From Aestuariivirga sp. (lineage in GTDB: Bacteria > Pseudomonadota > Alphaproteobacteria > Rhizobiales > Aestuariivirgaceae): a stretch of 64,000 bases of DNA. The position numbers and the translations under genes are program-made. The notes beneath the pieces were generated by a model. It had not been told where the DNA came from, did not search any database, and saw nothing but the letters and a program-made list of their open reading frames with translations. Shown here in pieces: positions 1 through 9,702 of the stretch; positions within the stretch are counted from its first letter, which is position 1; the number at the start of each line of letters is the position of its first letter. Where the stretch lies: positions 6,890 to 70,889 of the forward strand of contig NZ_JBAXGR010000008.1 of NCBI RefSeq assembly GCF_037139295.1, read 5' to 3'.

Positions 1-1
1 C

Positions 2-1036
2 CAGCAGCAGCGAATGATAGACGGCGCTGAGGTAGGTGGTGGACAGCGCATCACCCATCCGGGGTGCCGCGAAGTTCAGCAGCACGAGGGCCGGCAGCAC
101 GAAGCCGATGAGGATGGGAAGGCCGCAGGCGACGACGGCGAGCGCGCGCTGCCAGCCGTTGAGCCTTATGCGGTCCGGCTGGCGCGGGCGCTGGGCGGGC
201 AGCACGAAGGACTGGCGCCGCCGCGCCTGCCGCTCGATCCACAGCAGCACGAAGATGAAGAGCAGCATGACGGCGGAGATCTGCGCCGCACCGCCGAGGT
301 TTCCCTGTGACAGCCACGTCGTGTAGACGCCGAGCGTCAGCGTGCGCACGCCGAAGAAGCCCGCCGCACCAATGTCGTTGAGGCATTCCATGAGGGCGAG
401 CGACACGCCCACCGCGATGCCGGGGCGCGCGAGCGGCAGCGCCACGGCGCGGAAGGCGCCCCACGGCGTGCGGCCCAAGGCACGCGCCACTTCGAGTTGC
501 GTTGCCGGCTGGCGGATGAAGCTCGCCCGCGCGGTGAGGAACACATAAGGATAGAGCACCATCGACAGCACGAAGATGGCGCCGCCCAGCGAGCGGATCT
601 CGGGGAACCAGTAATCGGACTTGGTCGTCCAGCCCATGACTTCGCGCAGCAGCGTCTGCACCGGGCCTGCGTAGCTCAGGAAATCGACATAGGCATAGGC
701 GACGATGTAGCCCGGCATGGCCATGGGCAGCAGCGAGGCCCAGACGAACAGCGGCCGCAAGGGAAAGCGGCACATTGTGACGAGCCACGCCGTGCCGGTG
801 CCGACCACGAAGGTGATGAGGCCCACGCCCGCCATCAGCGCGACAGTGCGCATCACATAGCCCGGCAGCACGGTGGAGAGCAGGTGCGGCCAGACATTTT
901 CAGTGGGCGCCAGCGCCAGCACGATGATGGTGACGACCGGCAGCACCAGCGCCAGTCCGATGACGAGAGCTGCCGCGGCGAACAGCCTTTCGCTTGCCGG
1001 GCGGGGCGGGCCCTTGGGCATCGCGGCGGCGGTCAT
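2..1036 (-). CDS. Fe3+ ABC transporter permease (FbpB/SfuB type), 3' end truncated by the window edge
   Basis: Read manually; absent from the ORF track because there is no stop in the window. MTAAAMPKG...VWPHLLSTVLPGYVMRTVALM...LLPMAMPGYIVAYAY...EIRSLGGAIFVLSMVLYPYVF...ARALGRTPWGAFRAVALPLARPGIAVG (EAA-loop region). Alternative ATG at 1021. Confidence 0.85.
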   Translation of the reverse strand, partial: MTAAAMPKGPPRPASERLFAAAALVIGLALVLPVVTIIVLALAPTENVWPHLLSTVLPGYVMRTVALMAGVGLITFVVGTGTAWLVTMCRFPLRPLFVWASLLPMAMPGYIVAYAYVDFLSYAGPVQTLLREVMGWTTKSDYWFPEIRSLGGAIFVLSMVLYPYVFLTARASFIRQPATQLEVARALGRTPWGAFRAVALPLARPGIAVGVSLALMECLNDIGAAGFFGVRTLTLGVYTTWLSQGNLGGAAQISAVMLLFIFVLLWIERQARRRQSFVLPAQRPRQPDRIRLNGWQRALAVVACGLPILIGFVLPALVLLNFAAPRMGDALSTTYLSAVYHSLLL

Positions 1037-1043
1037 GATTGGG

Positions 1044-3587
1044 TTATTCCGCCAGCACGCGGGTGGTGGGGAACGTGACTTCGGCCAGCGTGCCCTTGCG
1101 CGGCTCGCTGGAGAGGCTGAGCCGCGCGCGGTTGGCCTCGACCAGCGCTTTGGTGAGCGGCAGGCCAAGCCCGGTGCCCTGCACGTCGCGACCTTCGGTA
1201 ATGACGCGGCCGAAGGGTTCGAGCGCGCCCCTCAGCTGGTCCTCATCCATGCCGATGCCGGTGTCCTTGACGCGCAGCTTCAATTCGCCGTTGTTCATCA
1301 CCTGGGCGGAGACCACCACCTGGCCGCCCGCATCGGTGAACTTGATGGCGTTGGACACGAGGTTGAGCAGCGCCTGGCGCATGGAGCGCAGGTCGGCCAC
1401 CACGTTGGGAAGATCGGGCGGCATCGACTTGCGCATCACCACCCGCGCCGCCGTGGCCTGCTCCTGCAGCAGCTTCAGCACGTAGTCGGTGACGTCGGCC
1501 AGCGACACGGCGGTGAAATTGAGATCGAGCTTACCCGCCTCGACCTTCGAAAGATCGAGCAGGTCGTTGATGAGCGACAGCAGATGCGCGCCGCTGGCGT
1601 GGATGTCCTGCACGTAGCCGCGGTATTTCTCGTTTTCGATTTCGCCGAAGCGCCCGAGCCGCATCACTTCCGAGAAACCCATGATGGCGTTGAGGGGTGT
1701 ACGCAGCTCATGGCTGACGCTGGCGAGGAACTCGGACTTCTGGCGGCTGGTCGCCTCCGCCTTCTCCTTTGCCTCGCGCAGTTCCTGCTCGGTCTTCTTC
1801 CACTGCGTGATGTCGCGCACCACGGCACAGAAGGCGGCCTGCGAGCGCGTGGCCTGCAGGCGGCCGATGGTGAGGAACAGCGGAACCGTTCCGCCCTGCC
1901 TGACCAGTGCGGTGACTTCGCGGCCATCGTTGAAGACGGATGCGAGGCCGGGGCCCTGCAGTGCTGCCAGATAGTCGCGCACCACCTTGCGGCAGTCGGG
2001 CGACAGCAGGTCGAACAGCGGCTTTCCGGTAACCTCGGCGATGCGGTAGCCGAAGATCGCTTCGGCTCCGGCGCTGAAGGTGTGGATCTTCGCGTCCTGG
2101 TCCAGCGTGATGATGCCGTCGGCCGCGGTGTCGAGAATGGCGCGCAACTCCTGGTCGGCGTCCGCGCCCGGGTTGCGCGTTGGAAGCTGGATCACCTCGG
2201 CGCTGGTGCGTGGGGCTTCCGGCGGCGCGACGGTCTCGACGACGGTCTCGACGACGGTCTGGGCCTCGGCAGTCGTCGACATGGGGGACGACGGTACGGT
2301 GGGAGTGAGAGCGAGGCGAAGTTCGGGGCGTGCCGCCTCGGCAGGATGGAGCAGGAACTGCCGGGCCGGGCCGCCCAGCCAGGGGATCACCACCATCTGC
2401 ACGCTGGCCTCGATCTCGCTGCCCTGGTCGGTGAGGATGCTGGCGCGCGGCAGGGCCTGGCCAAGCTGGCCGAAGCGGTTGGAGAGCGCCTGGTCGTTGA
2501 TTACGTCCTCGCCGGTTTCGTAGCCGAAGAGCCGCGCCGCGGCAGGGTTGGCGAAGAGCAGCTGGCCGTCCTTGGCCACCAGCACGGCCTCGGGCCGGTT
2601 CTCCAGCGGCAGGCGCACCTGGTCGGGTATGCGCTGCAGCTTGCGACGCGGGGCGGGCGGCGGCGCTTCCGGCGCGGCGGCTTGCGGCGCGCGCGGCACA
2701 GCCGGCTTCGGCTGGCGGAGTTCATCCTGCAGCACCTTGCCCAGCTTTTCGAAGGCGGCGGCATCAGCTTCTGACAGTGCGGCGGCGTTCTTCGCTGCGG
2801 CGGCTGCTGACGTTGGGGAAGCCGCCGGCGCGGCTGGCGCGGGTGCGGCCGCAGGAGCTGCGGGTTCGGTGCCTGACAGCTTCAGCTCCAGCGCGCGGCG
2901 CTCCGTCACGTCATCGAGCAGCAGCATGGCGAAGGCGGCGCCTTCGGCCTCGCGATTGAGGCGGCGCGCCGTGAGGCGGATGTCGCGGGTGCCGATGCGC
3001 ACGGCGAGCGCGCGGTGCTGCACCACGGTGCCTGCCGCCGCGATGCGCGCCAGCAGCGCATCGGCCTGGGGCTGGTCGCCCATCAGTTCGGCAAGGCTGC
3101 CGCGCTGGTTGGCGCCCAGCAGCATGAGCGCTGCGGCATTGAGGTGGTGGAAGCTGCCGTCACGCCCGACAAGAATGGCGGCAGAGGGCAGGAGGTCGAA
3201 GGCGGCGGCCATGTCGGCATCCGCACGGGCCACCTCGGCGCTGCCAGACGCACGGGCGACGACCAGAACGCCCGGGCGGCCATCTGCCAGCGCATGGATC
3301 ATGCAGCGGCAGGTGATGGCGCCTTCGGTGGCGGCAGACGGGAAGGTGAGATCGACGGTTTCAACCTGGCCGCGATGCAGGGTGCGCGACAGGCCCATCA
3401 TCGCCTCGACGCCCGGTTCCTGCTCGTCGAAGGGGCGGTCGATCAGGTCGAACAGCGAGGCGCCGCCGAAAAAGGCGATGCCGGCCGGATTGGCCCAGAC
3501 GATGCGTGCCCGCCCGGCGTCCCACAGCCAGGCGGCTTCTGGCACGTCCCTCAGGTCTTCCAGCGTCGGTGTGGCGACGTCGGCCAA
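1044..3587 (-). CDS. PAS-domain sensor histidine kinase, PleC/DivJ family (PdhS/CbrA-like)
   Basis: H-box SHELRTPLNAIMGFSE; N/G boxes NLVSNAIKFT, DTGIGM, GTGLGL; several PAS-like segments; Pro/Ala linkers; no TM segment. TTG start with AGGGG RBS. Confidence 0.85.
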   Translation of the reverse strand: MADVATPTLEDLRDVPEAAWLWDAGRARIVWANPAGIAFFGGASLFDLIDRPFDEQEPGVEAMMGLSRTLHRGQVETVDLTFPSAATEGAITCRCMIHALADGRPGVLVVARASGSAEVARADADMAAAFDLLPSAAILVGRDGSFHHLNAAALMLLGANQRGSLAELMGDQPQADALLARIAAAGTVVQHRALAVRIGTRDIRLTARRLNREAEGAAFAMLLLDDVTERRALELKLSGTEPAAPAAAPAPAAPAASPTSAAAAAKNAAALSEADAAAFEKLGKVLQDELRQPKPAVPRAPQAAAPEAPPPAPRRKLQRIPDQVRLPLENRPEAVLVAKDGQLLFANPAAARLFGYETGEDVINDQALSNRFGQLGQALPRASILTDQGSEIEASVQMVVIPWLGGPARQFLLHPAEAARPELRLALTPTVPSSPMSTTAEAQTVVETVVETVAPPEAPRTSAEVIQLPTRNPGADADQELRAILDTAADGIITLDQDAKIHTFSAGAEAIFGYRIAEVTGKPLFDLLSPDCRKVVRDYLAALQGPGLASVFNDGREVTALVRQGGTVPLFLTIGRLQATRSQAAFCAVVRDITQWKKTEQELREAKEKAEATSRQKSEFLASVSHELRTPLNAIMGFSEVMRLGRFGEIENEKYRGYVQDIHASGAHLLSLINDLLDLSKVEAGKLDLNFTAVSLADVTDYVLKLLQEQATAARVVMRKSMPPDLPNVVADLRSMRQALLNLVSNAIKFTDAGGQVVVSAQVMNNGELKLRVKDTGIGMDEDQLRGALEPFGRVITEGRDVQGTGLGLPLTKALVEANRARLSLSSEPRKGTLAEVTFPTTRVLAE
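2229..2260. repeat. 12-nt tandem repeat (about 2.7 copies) inside the kinase linker
   Basis: gacggtctcgac x2 + gacggtct, encoding TVVE-TVVE-TVA on the minus strand. Confidence 0.8.
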
Positions 3588-3627
3588 CAGTTCACCCCTA
3601 CAACCAGCCCAAACTCAGCCCAATCTG

Positions 3628-3644
3628 TTTACGATGCCTTAACC
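3628..3644 (+). promoter_or_regulatory. CtrA-like binding site upstream of the PdhS-like kinase
   Basis: TTTA-cgatgcc-TTAACC vs consensus TTAA-N7-TTAA(C), one mismatch; extra half-site ggttaa at 3673-3678. Confidence 0.55.
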
Positions 3645-3805
3645 CAAAAAATAAAGGAATTCGGCAACATCCGGTTAATTTTCAGGGGTACGGGGGGCAT
3701 CGGAGAGGTCGCAGTGCAATATTTATATTGCATCGCACCATTTGTGGGCCTATATTCTGTTCATCAGGCAGGCAGAGCCAAGCCTGGCCAACAGGAGAAA
3801 CACCC

Positions 3806-4264
3806 ATGTCGACCAAGACGGCCAAGCCCGAAATGACCAATGAAACCGTGACCAAGGCCACCGAGCAGGTTGCCGAGCAGGTTGCAAGCTTCGCCCAGAA
3901 GACCCTCGACCAGGCGCAGGGCGCCTTCGAGAAGGTCTCGGAAGTGGCCCACGGCAACGTCCAGCTGATGGACGCCGCCGCCAATGCCTACAAGAACCGC
4001 GTGACCGACATCCAGCTGAAGTCGATGGAATTCGTGCAGCTGAACATCAATTCCGGCTTCGCCTTTGCGCGCAAGTTCTTCTCGGTTCGTGACCCGTCCG
4101 AGGTCATGAACCTGCAGCAGAGCTTCCTCAAGGAGCAGGCCGAGACGCTGCAGCGCCAGGCCAGCGAGCTCTCCGAGCTCTCCGTCGCTCTCGCCAAGGA
4201 ATCGCTGAAGCCGGTGCAGGACCAGATGTCCAAGTCCTTCGCCACCCTTTCCAAGGTTGCCTAA
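3806..4264 (+). CDS. phaP: Phasin (PHA granule-associated protein)
   Basis: AGGAGA RBS then ATG at 3806 (the track's 3506 start is too long). 152 aa, helical, typical MEFVQLNINSGFAFARKFFSVRDPSEVMNLQQSFLKEQ segment. Confidence 0.8.
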   Translation: MSTKTAKPEMTNETVTKATEQVAEQVASFAQKTLDQAQGAFEKVSEVAHGNVQLMDAAANAYKNRVTDIQLKSMEFVQLNINSGFAFARKFFSVRDPSEVMNLQQSFLKEQAETLQRQASELSELSVALAKESLKPVQDQMSKSFATLSKVA

Positions 4265-4317
4265 GCCAAACAGCTGATGCCCGGCCGGGGCCTCCCCGGC
4301 CGATGCATTAACCCTCC

Positions 4318-4349
4318 AAGGCCCGCTCGGTTTCGATGCGGGCCTTTTT
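4318..4349 (+). terminator. Intrinsic terminator of the phasin gene
   Basis: Stem aaggcccgc/gcgggcctt followed by a T run; a second perfect 9-bp hairpin lies at 4282-4302. Confidence 0.75.
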
Positions 4350-4355
4350 GTTGGC

Positions 4356-4384
4356 TTGAAATCGCCAGCGACTGGGGCTAGGAA
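4356..4384 (+). promoter_or_regulatory. sigma70-type promoter of tRNA-His
   Basis: TTGAAA-N17-TAGGAA. Confidence 0.55.
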
Positions 4385-4424
4385 CGCCCCGTGCGAAAGG
4401 CTTTTGGCCTTTCAGCCCAGTGAT

Positions 4425-4501
4425 GCCGCCTTAGCTCAGTTGGTTAGAGCACTAGATTGTGGATCTAGGGGTCGCCCGTTCGAACCGGGCAGGCGGTACC
4501 A
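4425..4501 (+). tRNA. tRNA-His (GTG)
   Basis: Cloverleaf; anticodon arm ctaga-TTGTGGA-tctag; T-arm GTTCGAA; encoded CCA; G1:U72 and A73; base at -1 is T. Confidence 0.95.
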
Positions 4502-4504
4502 CTC

Positions 4505-4708
4505 TCAGCGCCTCAAGAATTCAGCTGCTTGCGCGAGATCGTCATTGATCGCGTCGAGCGAGGACATGATGGCACGGATGTCGCGCTCATCCTCCATGCC
4601 CGACATTGCAAGGCGCACCACATGGGTCTGCGCCTTCACCCGCGCCAGGGCATCATGGAGTTCCTTGAGCGCGGTATCGTCGTCGGCGTTCGTGATGTCC
4701 GTCGTCAC
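4505..4708 (-). CDS. Small hypothetical helical protein (67 aa)
   Basis: GGGGGA RBS before GTG at 4708; TTDITNADDDTALKELHDALARVKAQTHVVRLAMSGMEDERDIRAIMSSLDAINDDLAQAAEFLRR. Confidence 0.55.
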   Translation of the reverse strand: MTTDITNADDDTALKELHDALARVKAQTHVVRLAMSGMEDERDIRAIMSSLDAINDDLAQAAEFLRR

Positions 4709-4896
4709 GGAATTCCCCCGCAGCCCTGATTTGCAATCGCAGACTTCGAAATAATTTGAAGCCGCGTGAATGTACAAGCAAAGAAATTCACCAAAGATAA
4801 GTATTCATACATGTGACGTAAGGGAATCTGACTACTTCAACGACGGCTGAATGGTCTTCCTGCGCCCGGGCAATCCAGACCAAGGTTCACTTGCCG

Positions 4897-5514
4897 TCAC
4901 GCCAATCCGCCGGCTCGCTCGATGAAGGTGACAACCTCGGCAAGGCCTTTCTGCCGCAGCAGGTCGGTGAACACATAGGGCCTGTCACCGCGCACCTTGC
5001 GCGTATCCTGTTCCATGATGCCGAGGTCGGCCATCACATGCGGCGCAAGGTCAGCCTTGTTGATGACCAACAGGTCGGACCGCGTGATGGCGGGGCCGCC
5101 CTTGCGCGGGATCTTCTCGCCCTGGCAGACCGAGATCACATAGAGCGAGATGTCAGCGAGGTCCGGCGAGAAGGTGGCGGCGAGGTTGTCGCCGCCGGAT
5201 TCGATGAAGATCACGTCAAGGTCCGGATGGCGCCACACCATCTCGTCCACCGCGGCAAGGTTGATCGATGCATCTTCGCGGATCGCGGTGTGCGGGCAGC
5301 CGCCGGTTTCCACCCCCATGATCCGATCTTCCGGCAGCGCCTGCAGCCGGTTGAGGATGAGCGCGTCTTCCTTGGTGTAGATGTCGTTGGTGATGGCGGC
5401 GACGGAGTATTTCTCGCGCATTGCCTTGCACAGCTTTTCGGTGAGCGTCGTCTTGCCGGAGCCGACCGGCCCGCCGATGCCGACGCGCAACGGGCCGTGG
5501 GAGGATTTCGTCAT
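4897..5514 (-). CDS. ureG: Urease accessory GTPase UreG
   Basis: [10 protein letters not shown]-loop, ETGGCPH, ESGGDNL, NKAD. Confidence 0.97.
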   Translation of the reverse strand: MTKSSHGPLRVGIGGPVGSGKTTLTEKLCKAMREKYSVAAITNDIYTKEDALILNRLQALPEDRIMGVETGGCPHTAIREDASINLAAVDEMVWRHPDLDVIFIESGGDNLAATFSPDLADISLYVISVCQGEKIPRKGGPAITRSDLLVINKADLAPHVMADLGIMEQDTRKVRGDRPYVFTDLLRQKGLAEVVTFIERAGGLA

Positions 5515-6161
5515 GTGCGGAACACCCGGCTGTACTGCGTCTCGTGTTTCATCGCGGCAATGTCTGCGCCAAGCGTGATGGCGCCGAGGTCATCGAGCGT
5601 GGCTATACTTGCTCGCTCCGCCGTGCGGGCGATGACGGGGGCAAGGTCGCGCAGCACCTCGAGCCCCGCCGTCTGGCCGATGGGCACGAGGCGCACCGCG
5701 ACGGAGGTGAGGGTTGCCGCGAAGCCCTGCAACCAGGCCAGCAGCGCGTGATCCTTGTCGATGCCCATCGCGACGCAGGCGGTGCCGGCTGCGATGGGAT
5801 AGGCGATCTCCTCGTCATCGAGCGAGGGCGCCGCGAAAATGCCTGCCGCGATGCGGAAGGCGCGGCCGATCTGCGTGGTTTCAAGGTGGCGCTCGCGCGA
5901 GGTTGCTAGCGCGAGGGCGAGTTCGTTCAACTCTCCGGCATCATCGTCCCAGCACCGCGCGAAGAGCACGGCATCGTTCCATCCGGAGCCGCGCGTCAGC
6001 AGGTCCGAGATCCAGTCCTTCAGCTCCGCGCCCGTGGTGACAGCGCGCTGATCGATGGCCCATTCGAGCCCGTGCGAATAGGCGAAGGCGCCGGCGGGGA
6101 AGGCGGGTGACATCCAGGTGAGCAGCAGCAGAAGCTGCGCGGCCTCAGTGTTCGTGCGCAT
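5511..6161 (-). CDS. ureF: Urease accessory protein UreF
   Basis: [16 protein letters not shown]; C-terminal [11 protein letters not shown]. Confidence 0.95.
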   Translation of the reverse strand: MRTNTEAAQLLLLLTWMSPAFPAGAFAYSHGLEWAIDQRAVTTGAELKDWISDLLTRGSGWNDAVLFARCWDDDAGELNELALALATSRERHLETTQIGRAFRIAAGIFAAPSLDDEEIAYPIAAGTACVAMGIDKDHALLAWLQGFAATLTSVAVRLVPIGQTAGLEVLRDLAPVIARTAERASIATLDDLGAITLGADIAAMKHETQYSRVFRT

Positions 6162-6588
6162 GATAGGCGCCGTGGACAGGAGTGAAGGGCTCCGTCACAT
6201 CCGACACTTTGGCGCCAAGCTGCTCCAGCATCACGCGGATGATGCGGTCACGGCGCAGCAGGATGCGATTGGCATCGATCTGTGCGGAGAGGTGCCGGTT
6301 GCCGATGTGCCAGGCCAGCGTGACGAGGTGCTGCGCGTCACGTGCGCGAACCTCCATCAGCTCTTCCGGCGCCGCGACGATCTTCGCCGTGCGGCCATCC
6401 TCCAGCACCAGCCGGTCGCCCTGTTCGAGGTGAACCGGCTTCTCGAAATCGACGAGAATGTCCTCGCCATTGGCCAGCGTGATGCGCTTGCGCCGGATGT
6501 GGCGCTCATCCGCATCCAGCACCACGATGCCGAAGGGCTCGTCACCCAGTGGCTCTGCCCGGCGGAAGGATGTGGCGCGCAGGGCCAT
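6145..6588 (-). CDS. ureE: Urease Ni-chaperone UreE
   Basis: LAWHIGNRH motif; His-rich tail HGAYHAHEH. Confidence 0.93.
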   Translation of the reverse strand: MALRATSFRRAEPLGDEPFGIVVLDADERHIRRKRITLANGEDILVDFEKPVHLEQGDRLVLEDGRTAKIVAAPEELMEVRARDAQHLVTLAWHIGNRHLSAQIDANRILLRRDRIIRVMLEQLGAKVSDVTEPFTPVHGAYHAHEH

Positions 6589-8291
6589 CAGTAGAGGAAG
6601 TAGCGCTGCGCCATCGGCAGCACGTGGGCGGGTTCGCAGGTCAGCAACTGGCCATCGGCGTGCACTTCATAAGTCTCGGGGTTCACCTCGATCACCGGCG
6701 TCGCGTCATTGTGGATCATCGAGGCCTTGGACAGGCCGCCGCGTGTGTTATCGACCGCCACCATCTTCTTCTGCGTCCCAAGCTTGGCCTGCAGACCGTC
6801 CTGCAGGGCCGCCTTGGAAACGAAGGTGACGGCGGAATTGGTCATCAGCTTGCCGAAACTCGCGAACATCGGGCGGTAGTGTACCGGCTGCGGCGTGGGG
6901 ATGGACGCATTGGGATCGCCCATGGGTGCCGCCGCGATGGAGCCGCCCAGCAGCACCATCTCCGGCTTCACGCCGAAGAAGGCCGGGTTCCACATGACGA
7001 GGTCGGCGCGCTTTCCAACTTCGATCGAGCCCACCTCATGCGCGATGCCCTGCGCGATGGCCGGGTTGATCGTGTATTTCGCCACGTAGCGCTTGACGCG
7101 ATTGTTGTCGGCAGCGCCGTCACCGGGCAGGCTGCCGCGCTGCACCTTCATCTTGTGGGCCGTCTGCCAGCAGCGGATGATGACCTCGCCCACCCGGCCC
7201 ATGGCCTGGCTGTCCGACGAGATCATCGAGATGGCGCCGAGATCGTGGAGAATGTCCTCCGCCGCGATGGTCTCCTTGCGGATGCGGCTTTCGGCGAAGG
7301 CAATGTCCTCCGGAATGCGTGGGCTGAGGTGGTGGCACACCATCAGCATGTCGAGGTGTTCGGCCACCGTGTTGATCGTATAGGGCCGTGTGGGATTGGT
7401 GGAGGAGGGCAGCACGTTGGAAAGCCCTGCCACCTTGATGATGTCCGGCGCATGGCCGCCGCCAGCACCTTCGGTGTGGAAGGTGTGGATGGTGCGGCCC
7501 TTGAAGGCGGCGATGGTGTCGTCGACGAAGCCCGATTCGTTCAGCGTGTCGGTGTGGATCGCTACCTGCACGTCGAAACGGTCGCCGACGGCGAGGCAGT
7601 TGTCGATGGCCGCAGGCGTGGTGCCCCAGTCCTCATGCAGCTTGAGGCCGCAGGCGCCGGCGAGGATCATCTCCTCGAGTGCTGCAGGCAGCGAGCTGTT
7701 GCCCTTGCCCATGAATCCTAAGTTCATCGGGAAGGAATCTGCCGCCTCGATCATCCGCATGGTGTGCCACGCGCCGGTGCAGGTGGTGGCGAGCGTGCCA
7801 TGCGCCGGGCCCGTGCCGCCGCCCAGCATGGTGGTGATGCCGGAGTACAGCGCCTCCTCGATCTGCTGGGGCGCGATGAAATGGATGTGGCAGTCGATGC
7901 CGCCGGCGGTGAGGATGCGGCCCTCACAGGCGATAATCTCCGTCGACGGCCCGATGACGATGCTGACGCCGGATTGCGTATCCGGGTTGCCTGCCTTGCC
8001 GACGCCTGCGATGCGGCCGTCGCGCAGGCCCACGTCGGCCTTGTAGATGCCGGTGTGGTCGAGGATCAGCGCATTGGTGATGACGGTGTCGAGTGCGCCC
8101 TCGGCGCGCGTCGTCTGGGATTGGCCCATGCCGTCGCGGATGACCTTGCCGCCGCCGAACTTCACCTCTTCGCCATGCACCGTCAGGTCCTTCTCGACGG
8201 CGATGAAGAGTTCGGTGTCGGCCAGGCGCACGCGGTCGCCCACCGTGGGGCCATACATGGCGGCATAGGTGGCGCGGGAAATGCGGGCCAT
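6588..8291 (-). CDS. ureC: Urease subunit alpha
   Basis: [53 protein letters not shown]. Confidence 0.99.
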   Translation of the reverse strand: MARISRATYAAMYGPTVGDRVRLADTELFIAVEKDLTVHGEEVKFGGGKVIRDGMGQSQTTRAEGALDTVITNALILDHTGIYKADVGLRDGRIAGVGKAGNPDTQSGVSIVIGPSTEIIACEGRILTAGGIDCHIHFIAPQQIEEALYSGITTMLGGGTGPAHGTLATTCTGAWHTMRMIEAADSFPMNLGFMGKGNSSLPAALEEMILAGACGLKLHEDWGTTPAAIDNCLAVGDRFDVQVAIHTDTLNESGFVDDTIAAFKGRTIHTFHTEGAGGGHAPDIIKVAGLSNVLPSSTNPTRPYTINTVAEHLDMLMVCHHLSPRIPEDIAFAESRIRKETIAAEDILHDLGAISMISSDSQAMGRVGEVIIRCWQTAHKMKVQRGSLPGDGAADNNRVKRYVAKYTINPAIAQGIAHEVGSIEVGKRADLVMWNPAFFGVKPEMVLLGGSIAAAPMGDPNASIPTPQPVHYRPMFASFGKLMTNSAVTFVSKAALQDGLQAKLGTQKKMVAVDNTRGGLSKASMIHNDATPVIEVNPETYEVHADGQLLTCEPAHVLPMAQRYFLY

Positions 8292-8292
8292 G

Positions 8293-8598
8293 TCAGAGCG
8301 CTCCCATGATCTTCTGCCGGAACCCGTAAACCTTGCGTTCGCCGCCGAGCGGCACCAGCGTCACCTCGCGGCGCTGGCCCGGCTCGAAGCGCACGGCGGT
8401 GCCCGCCGCGATGTCGAGGCGAAACCCGCGCGCCTTGTCACGGTCGAAGCGCAGCGCGGCGTTGGTCTCGAAGAAGTGGTAGTGCGAGCCCACCTGGATC
8501 GGCCGGTCGCCGGTGTTGGCGACCTCGAGCGTCACGGTGGGTGCGCCGACGTTCAGGTCGATGTCGCCCGCAAGCGTGATGATTTCACCGGGGATCAT
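8293..8598 (-). CDS. ureB: Urease subunit beta
   Basis: MIPGEI...[19 protein letters not shown]...GTAVRFEPG. Confidence 0.98.
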   Translation of the reverse strand: MIPGEIITLAGDIDLNVGAPTVTLEVANTGDRPIQVGSHYHFFETNAALRFDRDKARGFRLDIAAGTAVRFEPGQRREVTLVPLGGERKVYGFRQKIMGAL

Positions 8599-8607
8599 GA
8601 GGTGCTC

Positions 8608-8910
8608 CTAGCGGATCGGCTGGTGGACGGTGACGAGCTTGGTGCCATCCGGGAAGGTGGCCTCCGCCTGCACCTCGTGGATCATCTCGGCCACCCCTTC
8701 CATCACCTGGCCGCGGGTGACGACATGGGCTGCGGCCTCCATCAGGTCGGCGACGGAACGGCCGTCGCGGGCGCCCTCCACCACATAGTCGGTTATGAGG
8801 GCGATGGCCTCGGGGTGGTTCAGCTTCACGCCGCGCTCAAGCCTTCGGCGCGCCACCATGGCGGCCATGCTGACGAGCAGCTTGTCCTTCTCGCGCGGCG
8901 TCAGTTGCAT
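8608..8910 (-). CDS. ureA: Urease subunit gamma
   Basis: [11 protein letters not shown]...KLNHPEA...[15 protein letters not shown]. Confidence 0.98.
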   Translation of the reverse strand: MQLTPREKDKLLVSMAAMVARRRLERGVKLNHPEAIALITDYVVEGARDGRSVADLMEAAAHVVTRGQVMEGVAEMIHEVQAEATFPDGTKLVTVHQPIR

Positions 8911-8919
8911 AATTATTCC

Positions 8920-9702
8920 TCAGAACGACCAGGTTTTAGGCAGGCCGCCCCCTCCCGCCAGCACCGTGAGGGCCGGAATCAGGGATTTGCGAAGGTCGAA
9001 CCCGTCTGTTGCGACGAGCCTTGCAACGAGCTTGCCAGACCAGGCGCTGGCCGCGCCTTTCTCGCCGATTGCAGCGCGAACGCGGTCGAGCAGGTCTTCG
9101 GCCTCCGGTGCCACCAGCACCACGGTGGCGAAGGCGCGCTTCGTGCCCAGCGTTGCCGGTGTGGCGGGAGGCGCGCCAGCGAAAGCGATGTCATCGGCGA
9201 AGATGAGCCTTCCCCCCTGCCGGATGCGCCAGCGGTCGGTGAGCCGCGCCTCCTGCACGCTTTCTCCCATCGCCTCGCGCCCGAGGATCACCGATTCGAC
9301 CGCAAGGAAGCGCGCCGAGGCGGCCAGATCGGCGGTGATCGTGCGGGAGAGTGCAGCGCCGTCGAACAGGATCGTCTCCTGCGGCAGCCACATCAGGCGG
9401 GCGCCGTCGCGGGCGCTGAGCGTGACGTCGACCTGCGCGGAGGGCCCCAGCGACCGGTAGACGCGCTCTGCGGTCTGCGAGGTGACGGTGAGGGTGGTGT
9501 CCGCCTCTGTCGTGATGTCGAAGCTGAAGCGGTCGCCCCCTGCCAGGCCTCCGCCCGTGTTGATGAGAATGGCCTCGGGCACGCCGAAAGGAATGCGCAC
9601 CTTCGCTGCATGTGCCTCGCGCAATCTTACGATGCCGTTCGGCCCCATGCTCAGGTGGATCGACCCCTCGGAGCGCTGGTGGCGGACGGGCGCCGCCGTC
9701 AT
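8920..9702 (-). CDS. ureD: Urease accessory protein UreD
   Basis: LINTGGGLAGGD, TSQTAERVYRS, WLPQETILFDG. The ATG at 9702 overlaps the glcF stop (ATGA); the track's 9924 start is too long. Confidence 0.92.
   Translation of the reverse strand: MTAAPVRHQRSEGSIHLSMGPNGIVRLREAHAAKVRIPFGVPEAILINTGGGLAGGDRFSFDITTEADTTLTVTSQTAERVYRSLGPSAQVDVTLSARDGARLMWLPQETILFDGAALSRTITADLAASARFLAVESVILGREAMGESVQEARLTDRWRIRQGGRLIFADDIAFAGAPPATPATLGTKRAFATVVLVAPEAEDLLDRVRAAIGEKGAASAWSGKLVARLVATDGFDLRKSLIPALTVLAGGGGLPKTWSF

Noticed and set aside
873-2774. 633-aa plus-strand ORF and the many other long antisense or alternative-frame ORFs in the track (e.g. 8269-9732, 45337-47160, 22029-23627, 61903-63012)
   Set aside because: Shadow ORFs of GC-rich genes: they overlap well-supported genes and carry no recognisable motifs.
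4282-4302. Second perfect hairpin after phasin as a separate sRNA
   Set aside because: More simply a 3'-UTR stabilising stem ahead of the terminator; no promoter seen.
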